Shown in pieces: positions 18,584 to 29,229 of a stretch of DNA of 64,000 nucleotides (the stretch's first letter is position 1; each line of letters opens with the position of its first letter). The DNA lies in the NCBI GenBank assembly GCA_028284765.1, contig JANQRA010000020.1, forward strand, positions 14,513-78,512, given 5' to 3'. The notes under the pieces are model-generated. The model had not been told where the DNA came from, searched no databases, and saw only the letters and a program-made list of their open reading frames with translations. This stretch comes from Acidimicrobiia bacterium (GTDB taxonomy: Bacteria > Actinomycetota > Acidimicrobiia > Spongiisociales > ZC4RG35). The position numbers and the translations under genes are program-made.

Positions 18584-20716
18584 CTAATACTGATCAACGT
18601 TCTTTTTCAATTGATATTGGTTAATTGTTTTTGCCCGACGATTTTCCAGTGTTTCGCCAGGCTCCAGAAAGAAGTGGCAGGCGACCATGTGCCCATCGGC
18701 GATCGACCTCAGCGGTGGCTTCTCGACCTCACAGGTATCCTGGGCGATCGGACATCGCGTGTGAAACGCACAGCCTCCAGGAAGATCTGAAGGGTCAGGG
18801 ATATCACCTTCCAACACGATCCGCTTCTGGCTTCGCGCCGAAGTCGGGTCAGGAACAGGCACAGCCGAAAGGAGCGAATGGGTGTAGGGGTGGGCGGGCG
18901 ATTCGTACAGTTGGTCGCTGTCAGCGGTCTCCACGACTTCACCCAGATACATGACAGCCACCCGGTCCGAGACATGCCGAACGACGGATAGATCGTGGGC
19001 GATATAGATGTACGCGAGATCAAACGCTGCCTGGAGGCTGTCCAACATGTTTAGAACCTGTGCCTGAACTGACACGTCGAGGGCAGACACTGGCTCGTCG
19101 AGTATCAGCAGGCTCGGACCCAAGGACAGAGAGCGAGCAATACCGATTCTTTGTCTCTGACCCCCGGAGAACTCGTGGGGATAGCGAGTCAAGTGCCCTT
19201 CCGACAAACCCACCGCCTCCAGAAGCTCGACAACCCGCTTGCGACTCTCAGACTTTGACCAGCCATGAATCTTCAGTGGTTCAGCCACTATCTCCCGCAC
19301 TGTCATCCTGGGGTTGAGGGAGGCATATGGATCCTGAAAGACGAGCTGAAGATCCTTGCGGAGCTCTCGCATCTCACTCTCCTCCAGATCCTGAATCTCG
19401 AGACCTTTGAACTTGATTGAGCCGGACGTGGGCTCCGTCATGCGCAGAATGCAACGGGCCACGGTGGTCTTTCCCGATCCGCTTTCGCCCACTATGCCAA
19501 GCGACTCCTGCTTACCGACCGTGAGGTCGACACCGTTGACCGCCTTGACCACTGCTGTCGATCGCTTGAAGAATCCGTCGCGCACCGGGAAGTGCTTGAC
19601 GAGATTCTTCACCTCGAGCACAGGGGCCGCCTCCTCGTACTCGATCGACCTTCGGGAGCGCAGGTCAGCTACTCCTCCGTCCGTCTCATCCACGATGAAA
19701 TCGCTGGAGGATGCGAAGTGACACCGGCTGTGATGTCCCGAGCCCACTTCGATCAATGGGGGCACCTGCTCTGCGCATACGTCCTCCGCGAAATCGCAGC
19801 GCGGCGCGAACACACAGCCGACCGGCTTTCTCACGGCAGTCGGCGGAGCCCCCCTAATCAGCTGCAGCTGCTCGTCTCGGCGATCAGCCCTCGGGATCGA
19901 GTTGAGTAGGCCAAGTGTGTAGGGGTTCTTGCTCCGATAGAAGACCTCGTCAGCCTGGCCCATTTCGAAAGCAAAACCGCCATACATGACCAGGACCCGG
20001 TCGGCGTAGCTGGCAACCAGCCCAAGGTCATGCGTGATCAAGAGAATCGCCGCTCCGGTTGCATCCTGCGCGAGAGCGAGCGCCTCCATCACCTGGGCCT
20101 GGATGGTGACGTCCAACGCTGTCGTCGGCTCATCTGCGATGAGGACCGACGGCTCGTTTGCGATAGCGACAGCGATCATGGCCCTCTGTCGCATTCCACC
20201 GGACATCTCGTGGGGGAAGTCGTCGACTCGACGGTGCGGAGCTGCAATGCCGACCACATCAAGTAGCTCGACTGCTCGGGCACGGGCATCTTTGGCCCCG
20301 ATGCTCGGGTTGTGGGCCTTGATCGTCTCGATGATCTGGTTCCCAACCGTGAAGACGGGGTCCAGGGAGGTCATTGCATCCTGAAAGACCATTGAGATAT
20401 CCCGACCCCGTAGCCTTCTCATTTTCCGATCGCTCAGACCGAGCAACTCTCGGCCATCGAACTTCACCGACCCCTCAACGGTGGCCTCTCCAGGCAGAAG
20501 ACCCATGATCGCAAGAGAAGTCACTGACTTGCCTGAACCAGACTCACCAACGATTGCCAGGGTCTCGCCCTTCTCCAGGTCCAAGCTCAGACCATTGACC
20601 GCATGCACCTCACCTTCGGTGGTCCGAAATCGCACCGTTAGGTCACGAACGCTGAGCAGCGAGTCCTCAAGTCCAGAGCCGTTCGGACCTCCCGGGGCTT
20701 CACGTTGCTCAGTCAT
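18584..20716 (-). CDS. Fused double ABC ATP-binding protein (DppD/F-like)
   Basis: Two GESGSGK Walker A motifs; SGGMRQR and SGGQRQR signatures; two Cys-rich oligopeptide C-terminal domains. Confidence 0.93.
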   Translation of the reverse strand: MTEQREAPGGPNGSGLEDSLLSVRDLTVRFRTTEGEVHAVNGLSLDLEKGETLAIVGESGSGKSVTSLAIMGLLPGEATVEGSVKFDGRELLGLSDRKMRRLRGRDISMVFQDAMTSLDPVFTVGNQIIETIKAHNPSIGAKDARARAVELLDVVGIAAPHRRVDDFPHEMSGGMRQRAMIAVAIANEPSVLIADEPTTALDVTIQAQVMEALALAQDATGAAILLITHDLGLVASYADRVLVMYGGFAFEMGQADEVFYRSKNPYTLGLLNSIPRADRRDEQLQLIRGAPPTAVRKPVGCVFAPRCDFAEDVCAEQVPPLIEVGSGHHSRCHFASSSDFIVDETDGGVADLRSRRSIEYEEAAPVLEVKNLVKHFPVRDGFFKRSTAVVKAVNGVDLTVGKQESLGIVGESGSGKTTVARCILRMTEPTSGSIKFKGLEIQDLEESEMRELRKDLQLVFQDPYASLNPRMTVREIVAEPLKIHGWSKSESRKRVVELLEAVGLSEGHLTRYPHEFSGGQRQRIGIARSLSLGPSLLILDEPVSALDVSVQAQVLNMLDSLQAAFDLAYIYIAHDLSVVRHVSDRVAVMYLGEVVETADSDQLYESPAHPYTHSLLSAVPVPDPTSARSQKRIVLEGDIPDPSDLPGGCAFHTRCPIAQDTCEVEKPPLRSIADGHMVACHFFLEPGETLENRRAKTINQYQLKKNVDQY

Positions 20717-20753
20717 CGTCGAGCGACCCTAATCCAAATATCTTTATCAATAG

Positions 20754-21194
20754 TCAATCCGCTTCCGAGTCCAAATCCAGGCGACGGGCGATGGTCTTGT
20801 GCGGCACTACATCGATGATGACCCGCTCTTGATCCGAATCGAAGATGCGCCTCATGTGAGCTGCCGCTGCGTCATCGTCACCCGGGTAATACTTGGCCAC
20901 AATCGGCCATGTGCGTTCTTGCACCGCGTCACCTGTTATGAGCCGGGCTCTCCCGTAGGCGACAACCATCTGGCCGGTATCTGGGTCGTCAACACACACT
21001 GAGCAGCGGGGGTCCCGATGCAAGTTCAGCCATTTCGCCGTGGTATCGATCGTCGAGATCGCATACACCTCCCCCGTCCAGAGGTACCAGACGGGTGAGA
21101 GCTGCGGGGCTCCACCACTGGCGATAGTTGCGAGCACGAGGTTCTTCTGCCGAAGCAGGAACTCCGTCGTTTCCGGGCCGACCATGTCTTTCAT
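20754..21194 (-). CDS. PPOX-class (pyridoxamine-5'-phosphate oxidase-like, possibly F420-dependent) oxidoreductase
   Basis: LATIASGGAPQLSPVWY, AKWLNLHRDPRCSVCV. Confidence 0.8.
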   Translation of the reverse strand: MKDMVGPETTEFLLRQKNLVLATIASGGAPQLSPVWYLWTGEVYAISTIDTTAKWLNLHRDPRCSVCVDDPDTGQMVVAYGRARLITGDAVQERTWPIVAKYYPGDDDAAAAHMRRIFDSDQERVIIDVVPHKTIARRLDLDSEAD

Positions 21195-22333
21195 CGGCTC
21201 GGGCCAAAAACATGTTCAATGGCGTTGGCTGCGAGGAACTCTTCGTCGATCTCGATCCCAAGGCCGGGGCCGTTCGGAATCGAAACCCAGCCTGAATCCG
21301 TGTCGAAGTCACGCTTCAGAAGCGTCTTGCGAAACGGCGAGTCGTCCACTCCGTACTCCAACAGCGGCTCGAGCGGCTCGATCGCCCTCGTATAGGGCGG
21401 CAAACAGGCGATGACTTGAAGGGCTGCGGCGATTCCGATAGCCGAATTCGATGTGTGGGGTGTGGCGACGATCCCATAGAGACCTGCGAGCTCAGCGATC
21501 GACAGTGCGTCACCGACACCTCCCGCAATTACCGGGTCTGGCTGAACTATGTCCACGCCTCTCTTCTCAAAAAGCTGGCGGGCCCGGGTACCAGTCATGA
21601 GAGCCTCGCCGCCAGCGATCGGCACTTCGAGTTCCCGCTGAAGCAGTTCGTAGTCGAGGTATCCATCGCGCTGCTGCATTGGCTCCTCGTACCAACCAAA
21701 CCGCAGTGCCTCCATGACCCGGCCCATCCGCAAGGCTTCTTTGTACGTGTACGCGGCATTCCCGTCGGCCAACAGATCGAAGGAGTCACCGGCAGCTTCC
21801 CGGATCTTCTCGAGCAGTGACGCCTCTTCTTCGATGGGATAACCACCGATGCGCAACTTGAGGGCTGTGAATCCGAGGCCCAAGACTCTTTCCAACTCGT
21901 CGAACCAGGTCTCACCTGGCCTACGCCCTTCGATATAGCCACCGCTGGCCGCGTACATGCGGACGCGATCTCTGGTGGGGCCGCCAAGCATTTCAGCGAC
22001 CGAGACGCCCAGTTGCTTTGCTCGGAGGTCTTCGAGGGCGATTCCAATGGCTGACGTGGCGAAGCCTCCACCGTTTAGACCGCCGGCTATCCAACGTGTG
22101 GTTCTCTTCAGGTCACGCAGTGAGCTCTCATCGGCTAGCACGGCTTCGAGACTCCCTACCACTGCCCCCAGGACACCAGGAGTGCTGTAGGTCTCGCCCC
22201 AGCCAACACGCCCGTCCTCGTCAACGATTTTGACGACGACGTAGTCATGCGTCGTGCTGTATGCGATCGATGGACCGGTGCGTGGGTCGAGACGGTGGCT
22301 GACCACAAAGCACTCAAAGGCCTCAATCTTCAT
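21191..22333 (-). CDS. Mandelate racemase/muconate lactonizing enzyme family protein
   Basis: GRVGWGE, LKLRIG, LADGN, WYEEP, AGGE, IVQPD, GPGLGIE. Confidence 0.9.
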   Translation of the reverse strand: MKIEAFECFVVSHRLDPRTGPSIAYSTTHDYVVVKIVDEDGRVGWGETYSTPGVLGAVVGSLEAVLADESSLRDLKRTTRWIAGGLNGGGFATSAIGIALEDLRAKQLGVSVAEMLGGPTRDRVRMYAASGGYIEGRRPGETWFDELERVLGLGFTALKLRIGGYPIEEEASLLEKIREAAGDSFDLLADGNAAYTYKEALRMGRVMEALRFGWYEEPMQQRDGYLDYELLQRELEVPIAGGEALMTGTRARQLFEKRGVDIVQPDPVIAGGVGDALSIAELAGLYGIVATPHTSNSAIGIAAALQVIACLPPYTRAIEPLEPLLEYGVDDSPFRKTLLKRDFDTDSGWVSIPNGPGLGIEIDEEFLAANAIEHVFGPSR

Positions 22334-24164
22334 TGCTCTCTACTCCTTCGTCAGGAATCAGGTGCGCACTCAAGAACGCATCCAGTTTTTCTGTTCGAGC
22401 CATCCGACTCGAGGGCTTTCCGAAAACGTTGATCATGTGGCCCTCATCAGGAATCGTCTCGATTGAGACTTCGGCGCCAGCTTCCAAAAGGGCCTCATAG
22501 AACATGAGACTCTGAGTCAGGGGAACGTTGTCATCATCCTCGGCATGGATGAGGAGGACCGAAGAGGCGACCTTTGAAACAGCCTCGATGGGCGACCTAT
22601 CGGAGTAGAGGGCCGGGTTCTCCGAAGGCGTACCCCGCATTTCAGGATGCCAAAAGGACTCGCCTCGTGGACCGCTGGCGATGGAAACCAAGTCGGACAC
22701 GCCGTTCTCAGCCACTGCCACGTCGTATCGATTGCCTTTGGTGATAGCGAGATTGGCCATGTAGCCCCCGTAGCTCTCTCCGATGATCGCCACCGGCTTT
22801 CCGGCGACTGAGCCGCTCCTAAGGGCGACGTCAGTGAGCGAGAGGACGTCATCGTGATCGGCACCACCCCAGTCGCCAATGATCGCTCGGGCGAATTCTG
22901 CCCCGTATCCCTGACTTCCCCTCGGGTTGCTTCGCAGAGTCGCGAGCCCATAGGAGGCGAACCGTTGAGAGTCGAATGAGAATCTCTCTCCAATGGGGAA
23001 GTGGGGTCCTCCGTGCACTTGGACGACTAGAGGACTCTGGCTCGCAGAATCCGAAGGAACGGTCAGCCATCCTTGCACACCGTTGTCGAGCTCGATTCGC
23101 TGAGTCGGCGTCAAGGCGACACTCTCCAACCAACCCGCATTGACTGCCGTGATCGTCTGCTCATGTGAGTCCGTGAGCAGCGAAAGCTCACCTGGCGAGC
23201 TGGGACTGGACCAGGAGACCACGACGTCACCGCTCTGCTGGGCAACAGTGAAGTCGAGGATGGAGCCCTCCTCGGCAAAGGTGACCTCGTAGTCACCGTC
23301 GATCCGGAACACCCCGAGCCCGCTTCTCCCGTCAACGCTCACGACCGAATAGACGGCGTCGGACTCCGGCACCCAGTCGATCTTCACCGGCTCGAGCCCT
23401 CGCTCGTCGTCTCCTCTGATTGCCTGCCCGAAGCTGAGATCCAAACCCTCGCCGAGCTGAGAGTGGCCATCGCCATCGACGTCGAGGACCCAGATTTCAT
23501 GGTTGGCCCACAGCCCGGGAGCCATTGGGTTGACGAGAGCTCCGAGCCGACTTCCGTCGGGACTCCAACAGAGCCGATAGATAGGTCCCCGCCACGACCA
23601 GAGGAGTCTCCGGGTTCCATCGTTCAGCTCAAGCAGCCAAACCTCCCCTTCTTCTGTCTCGGTATTGGTCGAGGCGATCGCAACTGAGTCTTCGGAGGGA
23701 GCGGCCGAAACGATATGGGGAGCGAAGCCAGCAAGATCAAATTGGACTGCCTCTGCCCCGAGTTCCGAAGCCGACACTTTGAGCCCACATGTGTGACCTT
23801 CTCGCTCGGCGACAGCGAACAGGAACTCATCACCCAGCCAATCGAAGTTGGATGAGGCCGTACCCAAGTTCAACCCGCCGGTCGGACTCTCAGACGTAGC
23901 CAACTGCCATCCAGATTGGGCCTCGCGGACAAAGGCAAGCTGTGAACCAGAGGGCGACCATGAGGGATGTCTTGTCCGCTGGCTGCCCAGTTCTCGGAAC
24001 TCCCGGTCGCCGACCTCGCCAGCCATCAACTGATAGGCGAGTCGATCCGACTCGGCGCACGGTCGAGACCGCACAAACGCCAGCTTGTCTCCACGGGGAC
24101 TCAGAGCAGGATCCAGCGGCCACGCGATGCGATAGAGGTCCTCGAGGTCGACTCTCCGCGACAC
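22323..24164 (-). CDS. S9 family peptidase (acylaminoacyl-peptidase-like)
   Basis: Beta-propeller WSPSG/WSPDG repeats; VHGGP; GESYGG serine; D and H of the triad (EDDDNV, DEGH). Confidence 0.9.
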   Translation of the reverse strand: MSRRVDLEDLYRIAWPLDPALSPRGDKLAFVRSRPCAESDRLAYQLMAGEVGDREFRELGSQRTRHPSWSPSGSQLAFVREAQSGWQLATSESPTGGLNLGTASSNFDWLGDEFLFAVAEREGHTCGLKVSASELGAEAVQFDLAGFAPHIVSAAPSEDSVAIASTNTETEEGEVWLLELNDGTRRLLWSWRGPIYRLCWSPDGSRLGALVNPMAPGLWANHEIWVLDVDGDGHSQLGEGLDLSFGQAIRGDDERGLEPVKIDWVPESDAVYSVVSVDGRSGLGVFRIDGDYEVTFAEEGSILDFTVAQQSGDVVVSWSSPSSPGELSLLTDSHEQTITAVNAGWLESVALTPTQRIELDNGVQGWLTVPSDSASQSPLVVQVHGGPHFPIGERFSFDSQRFASYGLATLRSNPRGSQGYGAEFARAIIGDWGGADHDDVLSLTDVALRSGSVAGKPVAIIGESYGGYMANLAITKGNRYDVAVAENGVSDLVSIASGPRGESFWHPEMRGTPSENPALYSDRSPIEAVSKVASSVLLIHAEDDDNVPLTQSLMFYEALLEAGAEVSIETIPDEGHMINVFGKPSSRMARTEKLDAFLSAHLIPDEGVESNED

Positions 24165-24165
24165 C

Positions 24166-25305
24166 TCACTCTGGCCCGTTGTAGCTCAGAACCACCGTGG
24201 GTGGCCGTTCTGGGCTGCTGAGTAGGTCGTACGCCTTCTGCGCTTCCGCCATCGGCACCTGCGTCGGCGCTATCACATTCGAGTCGATGCGACCTGAGGC
24301 GACTAGATCGAGAAAGTAACCCTGGTTTCGGTTTCCGGTCCATCGGCCGAGACCGATTGGATAGTCGATGTTGCCTTCTTCGTAGACGGGGTCATAGCGA
24401 CCTAGTCCGTACCCGATCGCCGGTACGAGTTCGACCTGATTTCGGTAGAACCGAGAACGCTCGATCTCCATCCCAAACAGACCCTGAGCGACAATGCGCC
24501 CTCTCTGGCCGCTCATGTCGAACGAAAGATTCAGAGGCTCGCTCGACTCGGTCTTGACCCCGAGCACGACTGCATCAGCGCCGAAACCATCCGTGGCCTC
24601 CTTGACCGCTGCTACGACGTCGACCTGCGAAGGGTTGAGCACCGTTGAGACTCCAAGACCACGTGCCATCTCGATCTGCCTGTCGTCGATGTCTACTCCA
24701 ATGATGTGGAAACCTGCCGCGAGTCCAATCTGAGCCGATAACAGTCCTAGGAGGCCGAGCCCATAGAGCACGACGGTCTCCCCAAATCGGCAGTCCGTCG
24801 ACCGGAGTCCTGCAACTGCCACCGAACCGAGCGTGACAAGGGACGCGTCGCGAAGACTTAGGCCATCTGGAACCCGGGCCACAAGGTTGCGCGGCACCGA
24901 CACCAACTCGGCGTGATGCGCACATTGGGATCCTGAGGCCGCCACGAGGTCGCCCGGTTTCAGATCGACAACGGCATCGTCGACAGCGATCACCTGACCC
25001 GACATGCTGTAGCCAAGAGAGATCGCTCCCTCGATGGGAGGCCTTGGAAGTGGGTGAGACCTCTTGATCTCGGACCGAATCTTGGGCCAGCTCGGCGGGA
25101 CCGTCGGGTATTCGTGGTTCAAGAATGAGGGATCCGCCGACCCGCGGAGGAGCCACATCTCGGTTCCGACGCTGATCGCGGAGTAGGCGGTCTCGATCAA
25201 CACTTCGCCTTGCCTCAGCTCGGGTTCGGGGACCTCCAGGACTGCCGCTTTCCCGTCGCGAGCGAATACTCGTCTCAACCGCCTACCAGACCTTTCAGAT
25301 GCCAA
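24166..25305 (-). CDS. MDR (zinc-binding dehydrogenase superfamily) oxidoreductase
   Basis: SAISVGTE, LGYSMSG, YGLGLLG Rossmann motif. Confidence 0.85.
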   Translation of the reverse strand: MASERSGRRLRRVFARDGKAAVLEVPEPELRQGEVLIETAYSAISVGTEMWLLRGSADPSFLNHEYPTVPPSWPKIRSEIKRSHPLPRPPIEGAISLGYSMSGQVIAVDDAVVDLKPGDLVAASGSQCAHHAELVSVPRNLVARVPDGLSLRDASLVTLGSVAVAGLRSTDCRFGETVVLYGLGLLGLLSAQIGLAAGFHIIGVDIDDRQIEMARGLGVSTVLNPSQVDVVAAVKEATDGFGADAVVLGVKTESSEPLNLSFDMSGQRGRIVAQGLFGMEIERSRFYRNQVELVPAIGYGLGRYDPVYEEGNIDYPIGLGRWTGNRNQGYFLDLVASGRIDSNVIAPTQVPMAEAQKAYDLLSSPERPPTVVLSYNGPE

Positions 25306-25519
25306 TTGTTCATTGATCAGGTTCTTTGTACTGTAACTCTCATCTTGATGCCACGCCCGACTTCAACCCACTGGGCCCAACCATGACGTCTTCGCTGATC
25401 ACGGTATACGACCCACTCTCGTGGGATCACGGATGGCCTAAACGATGGCCGCTCATGGGGGCCCTCGAGTTGCTCAGGGCTACCGGCCGGATGCGGACGA
25501 GAATCGATAGGAGAATCCA

Positions 25520-26155
25520 ATGACATCGAGACCCAGCAAACTGATCTGCATAGGACTCAACTATCGCGAGCACGCTGAGGAGGCCAATCTGCCAATACCC
25601 GACCGGCCAATTGCGTTTGCGAAGTGGACAAGTTCGATCATCGGGAACGGTGACACCATTCGCCTGCCGGCCTTCTCCCAGCAGATCGACTTCGAAGCCG
25701 AACTCGCCGTGATCATTGGCAGAGCTGCTGTGGATGTTGACCCAGAATCAGCTCTGGATCACGTCCAGGGCTACGCCTGCTTCAACGATGTTTCCGCTCG
25801 CGACGTCCAGGCTGCCGAGAACCAGTGGTCACGTTCTAAGTCGTTTGACACGTTTGGTCCTCTCGGACCGATGACATCCGCAGCCAAGATCCCTGACCCG
25901 CAGAACCTTGGAATCCGTTGCCTCATCAATGGTGAGCTGATGCAGGATGGAAACACGGCTGACATGGTGTTCTCCGTAGCAGAGATCGTCTCGTTTCTCA
26001 GCCAAGGAACAACCCTCCAACCCGGGGACGTAATCGCGACCGGCACGCCGGCCGGAATAGGCCTGACTCGTGAACCACCCCGATTCCTGCAAACGGGTGA
26101 TGTCGTGAGCATCGAGATCGACGGAATAGCGACGCTGAGCAATCCGGTTGCATGA
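25520..26155 (+). CDS. Fumarylacetoacetate hydrolase family protein
   Basis: CIGLNYREH, DFEAEL, NDVSARD, KSFDTF, TGTPAG. Confidence 0.93.
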   Translation: MTSRPSKLICIGLNYREHAEEANLPIPDRPIAFAKWTSSIIGNGDTIRLPAFSQQIDFEAELAVIIGRAAVDVDPESALDHVQGYACFNDVSARDVQAAENQWSRSKSFDTFGPLGPMTSAAKIPDPQNLGIRCLINGELMQDGNTADMVFSVAEIVSFLSQGTTLQPGDVIATGTPAGIGLTREPPRFLQTGDVVSIEIDGIATLSNPVA

Positions 26156-26234
26156 CCTGATTGAAACATCAATATACAAACATTATGGTCTTTGACTTCA
26201 TCGCATATGCCGATGATGGAAAGGCGCTTAGGTC

Positions 26235-27236
26235 ATGCGAATCGAGCCGCGCGAGGCAGTGATCACTGACGCTGCTGATGTCCTTTCCCCAGTGATCGAC
26301 CACCTCAGAGCAGCCGACGTCAAAGTAACTGCCTTCGAAAACGGCGTTCCCCACGAGCAAATCGTCCATGCGGTAGCCAAGGCACCTGTAGCGGTCATTG
26401 GAGGCATGCAGTTTGGGATGACCGAGATCGATCAACTGATTGAGACGGGGCTCCTGTTGAGAGCAGGAATTGGGTACGACGTGATCGATGTGGACGCCGC
26501 CACAGCGAACTCCATCTGGGTCGCAAACGTGCCGGACTTCTGCGCCGACGAGGTTGCGGACCACACGATTCTCGTGTTGCTGAGCGCACTTCGGCGACTC
26601 CCAGAGTCGATGACGACATGGCGAACCAAGAACAATTGGCACGTGACCGCCGAACTCCCTGAAATGAGGCGAGCGAGCTCAATTCGGCTGGGCCTGCTCG
26701 GACTCGGCCGCATCGGAAGGCTGGTAGCACAACGCGCAAATGGCTTCGGAATCGATGTCGTCTCATACGATCCCAACCTGACGGACTCAGAACAAAAAGC
26801 CCACGGGGCGAGCCCGGTTTCGCAATCCGAACTCCTCGCCACTTCTGATGCGATCTCGCTTCACATCCCACTCACGCCCGAAAGCAAACACATCCTGAAT
26901 CGAGAGTCCCTAGCCCAGACCAAAGCCGGAGTAGTGATCATCAACACCAGTCGTGGAGGTCTGATCGACCTAGACGCCCTCGACGAAGGACTTGGCAGCG
27001 GTCACGTCGGCTATGCCGCTCTGGATGTACTGGACGGTGAGCCGGACCCGGACCTCGATCACCCGATACTGACCAGAGCGAACGTCCTCGTCACCTCTCA
27101 CACGGCGTGGTTTTCCAAACAGGCTGCGAGGCAGCTGTCAATCAATACCGCGAAAGAGGTCCTCCGATTCCTGGACGGAGACAGGCCATTGAACCTCATC
27201 AATCCAGACGCTAGAGCGTTCGTCTCAGGTGAGTAG
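26235..27236 (+). CDS. D-isomer-specific 2-hydroxyacid dehydrogenase (CtBP-like)
   Basis: GIGYDVID, NVPDFCADEVADH, GLGRIG, NTSRG, ALDV. Confidence 0.9.
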   Translation: MRIEPREAVITDAADVLSPVIDHLRAADVKVTAFENGVPHEQIVHAVAKAPVAVIGGMQFGMTEIDQLIETGLLLRAGIGYDVIDVDAATANSIWVANVPDFCADEVADHTILVLLSALRRLPESMTTWRTKNNWHVTAELPEMRRASSIRLGLLGLGRIGRLVAQRANGFGIDVVSYDPNLTDSEQKAHGASPVSQSELLATSDAISLHIPLTPESKHILNRESLAQTKAGVVIINTSRGGLIDLDALDEGLGSGHVGYAALDVLDGEPDPDLDHPILTRANVLVTSHTAWFSKQAARQLSINTAKEVLRFLDGDRPLNLINPDARAFVSGE

Positions 27237-27984
27237 CAGCGAATCTGAAAGGACTGCCCTGATCACGGGTGCCGCATCAGGCATCGGGCAAGCCACCGCA
27301 GTTCGCCTTGCCAGGGACGGGTGTTCCGTAGCGGTCAACGACCTGAACGAAGACAGCCTCGACGCCACTCTCAGGATCCTCAACGGAATAGGGGCAAGAG
27401 CACTCGCCGCCCCGGGTGATATCACCGACAGTGATCAGGTGGCATCGATCTACGAACTTTGCACAGCGGAGCTAAACGGTGTCGACATCCTCGTCAACAA
27501 CGCGGGAGTGCTGACTCCCAACACATTTCTCGAGATCTCAGAAGAGGAGTGGGACTGGGTCATGGACGTGTCGGTGAAGGGAACATTCCTTTGCACGAGA
27601 GCCTTCATCGGCGACATGGCAACCCGCGGCTGGGGGCGCATCATCAACATGTCATCAACAGCCGGCAAGAACGTGAGCACCATCGGCGGTGCTCACTACA
27701 CAACCGCCAAGACCGCCATCATCGGCATCACAAGAGCGGTCGCAAACGAGTTCGCCTCGTTAGGCGTAACGGTGAACGCCGTATGCCCCGGACTATTCGA
27801 TACCGACATGATGCGCCGAACCATTGATGCCGAACAGGCTGCAAGATATGCGCAGAGTTTTCCGATCTCCAGGCTGGGACAACCCGAAGAAGTCGCTGAC
27901 TTGATTGCCTTCCTCGCTTCAGACTCAGCGAGCTATGTGACAGGAGCGGCCTTCGACATCAACGGCGGAGACTTGATGGTCTGA
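27229..27984 (+). CDS. Short-chain dehydrogenase/reductase
   Basis: TGAASGIG, NNAG, YTTAK. Confidence 0.93.
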   Translation: MSSSESERTALITGAASGIGQATAVRLARDGCSVAVNDLNEDSLDATLRILNGIGARALAAPGDITDSDQVASIYELCTAELNGVDILVNNAGVLTPNTFLEISEEEWDWVMDVSVKGTFLCTRAFIGDMATRGWGRIINMSSTAGKNVSTIGGAHYTTAKTAIIGITRAVANEFASLGVTVNAVCPGLFDTDMMRRTIDAEQAARYAQSFPISRLGQPEEVADLIAFLASDSASYVTGAAFDINGGDLMV

Positions 27985-29219
27985 TGCGGAACATCGACAC
28001 AATCGAATCTGACCTGACGGCTCCAGACTTCGCGCGCCGGCAACACGAAACCTATCGGCGGCTGAGGGAAGCTTCTCCAGTGTTCTGGAGCAAGGCATCG
28101 GCCGGGTGGATAGTGACGACCTTCGACCTGGTCGACGAGGTTCTGACCGATCCGGCTCGGTTCACCAGCGTCGGCGCCGAACTGGCTCACATTGACGCGG
28201 CTCCCGGCGAAACCGAAGAGGTGCGCACCCATTTCGCCTCTCCGCAACTCAACATATCCGATCCTCCGGACCACACCAGGATAAGACGGGCATTCGGCCG
28301 GTCCTTCCTTCCTCGAGAAGTGGCGGGCTATCGGGACAGCTTTCGATCGCTTGCAAGGGAACTCTTAGAGGGCTCGTCGTCAGAAGCTGAGTTCGACCTC
28401 GTCAATTCGTATGCCGAGCCTCTTCCCGTTCAAGTGGTGGCCGAAGTGATGGGTGTGCCCGGCTCGCTCCGCGATCTAGTTCCTGACGTGACCCTGGGAC
28501 AAAGGCATTTCTTTGGAGAAAGCCCCCCGGGGGAAAGAGTCGTAGACGAATTCAGTGCAAGCCTCACCGAATGGCGAAATCAGCTGAGAGCCCTTCTCGC
28601 AGAGAGACTGAAGGACCCCAAAGGGGACGTCATCTCCCGCGCAGCACAGGCCGTAACTGATGGAAAGATCACGCTTGACGAAGCGATTGCCACATGTCTC
28701 CATCTGATCATTGCCGGCAACGGCACAACCACAGCCCTGATCAGCAACACCCTCCACCTCCTCCTGACTCACCGAGACCAACTCGAAACTGTCGCAAGCG
28801 ACCCCAACCTCATACCCAATGCGGTCGAGGAGAGCCTGCGCTTTGAGGCCCCACTTCCACGCGACAGGCGCATCGCCACCGTGGATACAGAGCTAGGCGG
28901 ACACCAAATCAAGGCTGGCGACCGGGTTTACGCCGTGCTGGCCTCCGCAAACCGAGATCCGGCGCAGTTCGATCGGCCTGACACCTTTGACGTGACCAGG
29001 GAGTTCACGGCGAACCAGCACGCTGCTTTCGGTCGTGGAATTCACTTCTGTTTGGGCGCACCGGTGGCCCGGCTCGAAACGCAGGTTGCGATCGAGGTTC
29101 TTCTGGAGGTTGTTCCCGACCTCGAGCTCGTTCCAGGCTTTGCTCCCGAATGGCACCGGATCACGACACACAGGGCTCTCGTTCGACTCCCAATCACGAC
29201 CAACCTGGTCCCGGCATAG
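27984..29219 (+). CDS. Cytochrome P450
   Basis: DPPDHTRIR, EESLRF (ExxR), SANRDP, FGRGIHFCLG haem-Cys motif. Confidence 0.95.
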   Translation: MRNIDTIESDLTAPDFARRQHETYRRLREASPVFWSKASAGWIVTTFDLVDEVLTDPARFTSVGAELAHIDAAPGETEEVRTHFASPQLNISDPPDHTRIRRAFGRSFLPREVAGYRDSFRSLARELLEGSSSEAEFDLVNSYAEPLPVQVVAEVMGVPGSLRDLVPDVTLGQRHFFGESPPGERVVDEFSASLTEWRNQLRALLAERLKDPKGDVISRAAQAVTDGKITLDEAIATCLHLIIAGNGTTTALISNTLHLLLTHRDQLETVASDPNLIPNAVEESLRFEAPLPRDRRIATVDTELGGHQIKAGDRVYAVLASANRDPAQFDRPDTFDVTREFTANQHAAFGRGIHFCLGAPVARLETQVAIEVLLEVVPDLELVPGFAPEWHRITTHRALVRLPITTNLVPA

Positions 29220-29229
29220 GAGCCGCTGA

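Noticed and set aside
25306-25519. Short ORFs in the 25.3-25.5-kb and 42.97-43.18-kb gaps
   Set aside because: No recognisable motifs or good RBS; treated as intergenic or unidentifiable remnants.
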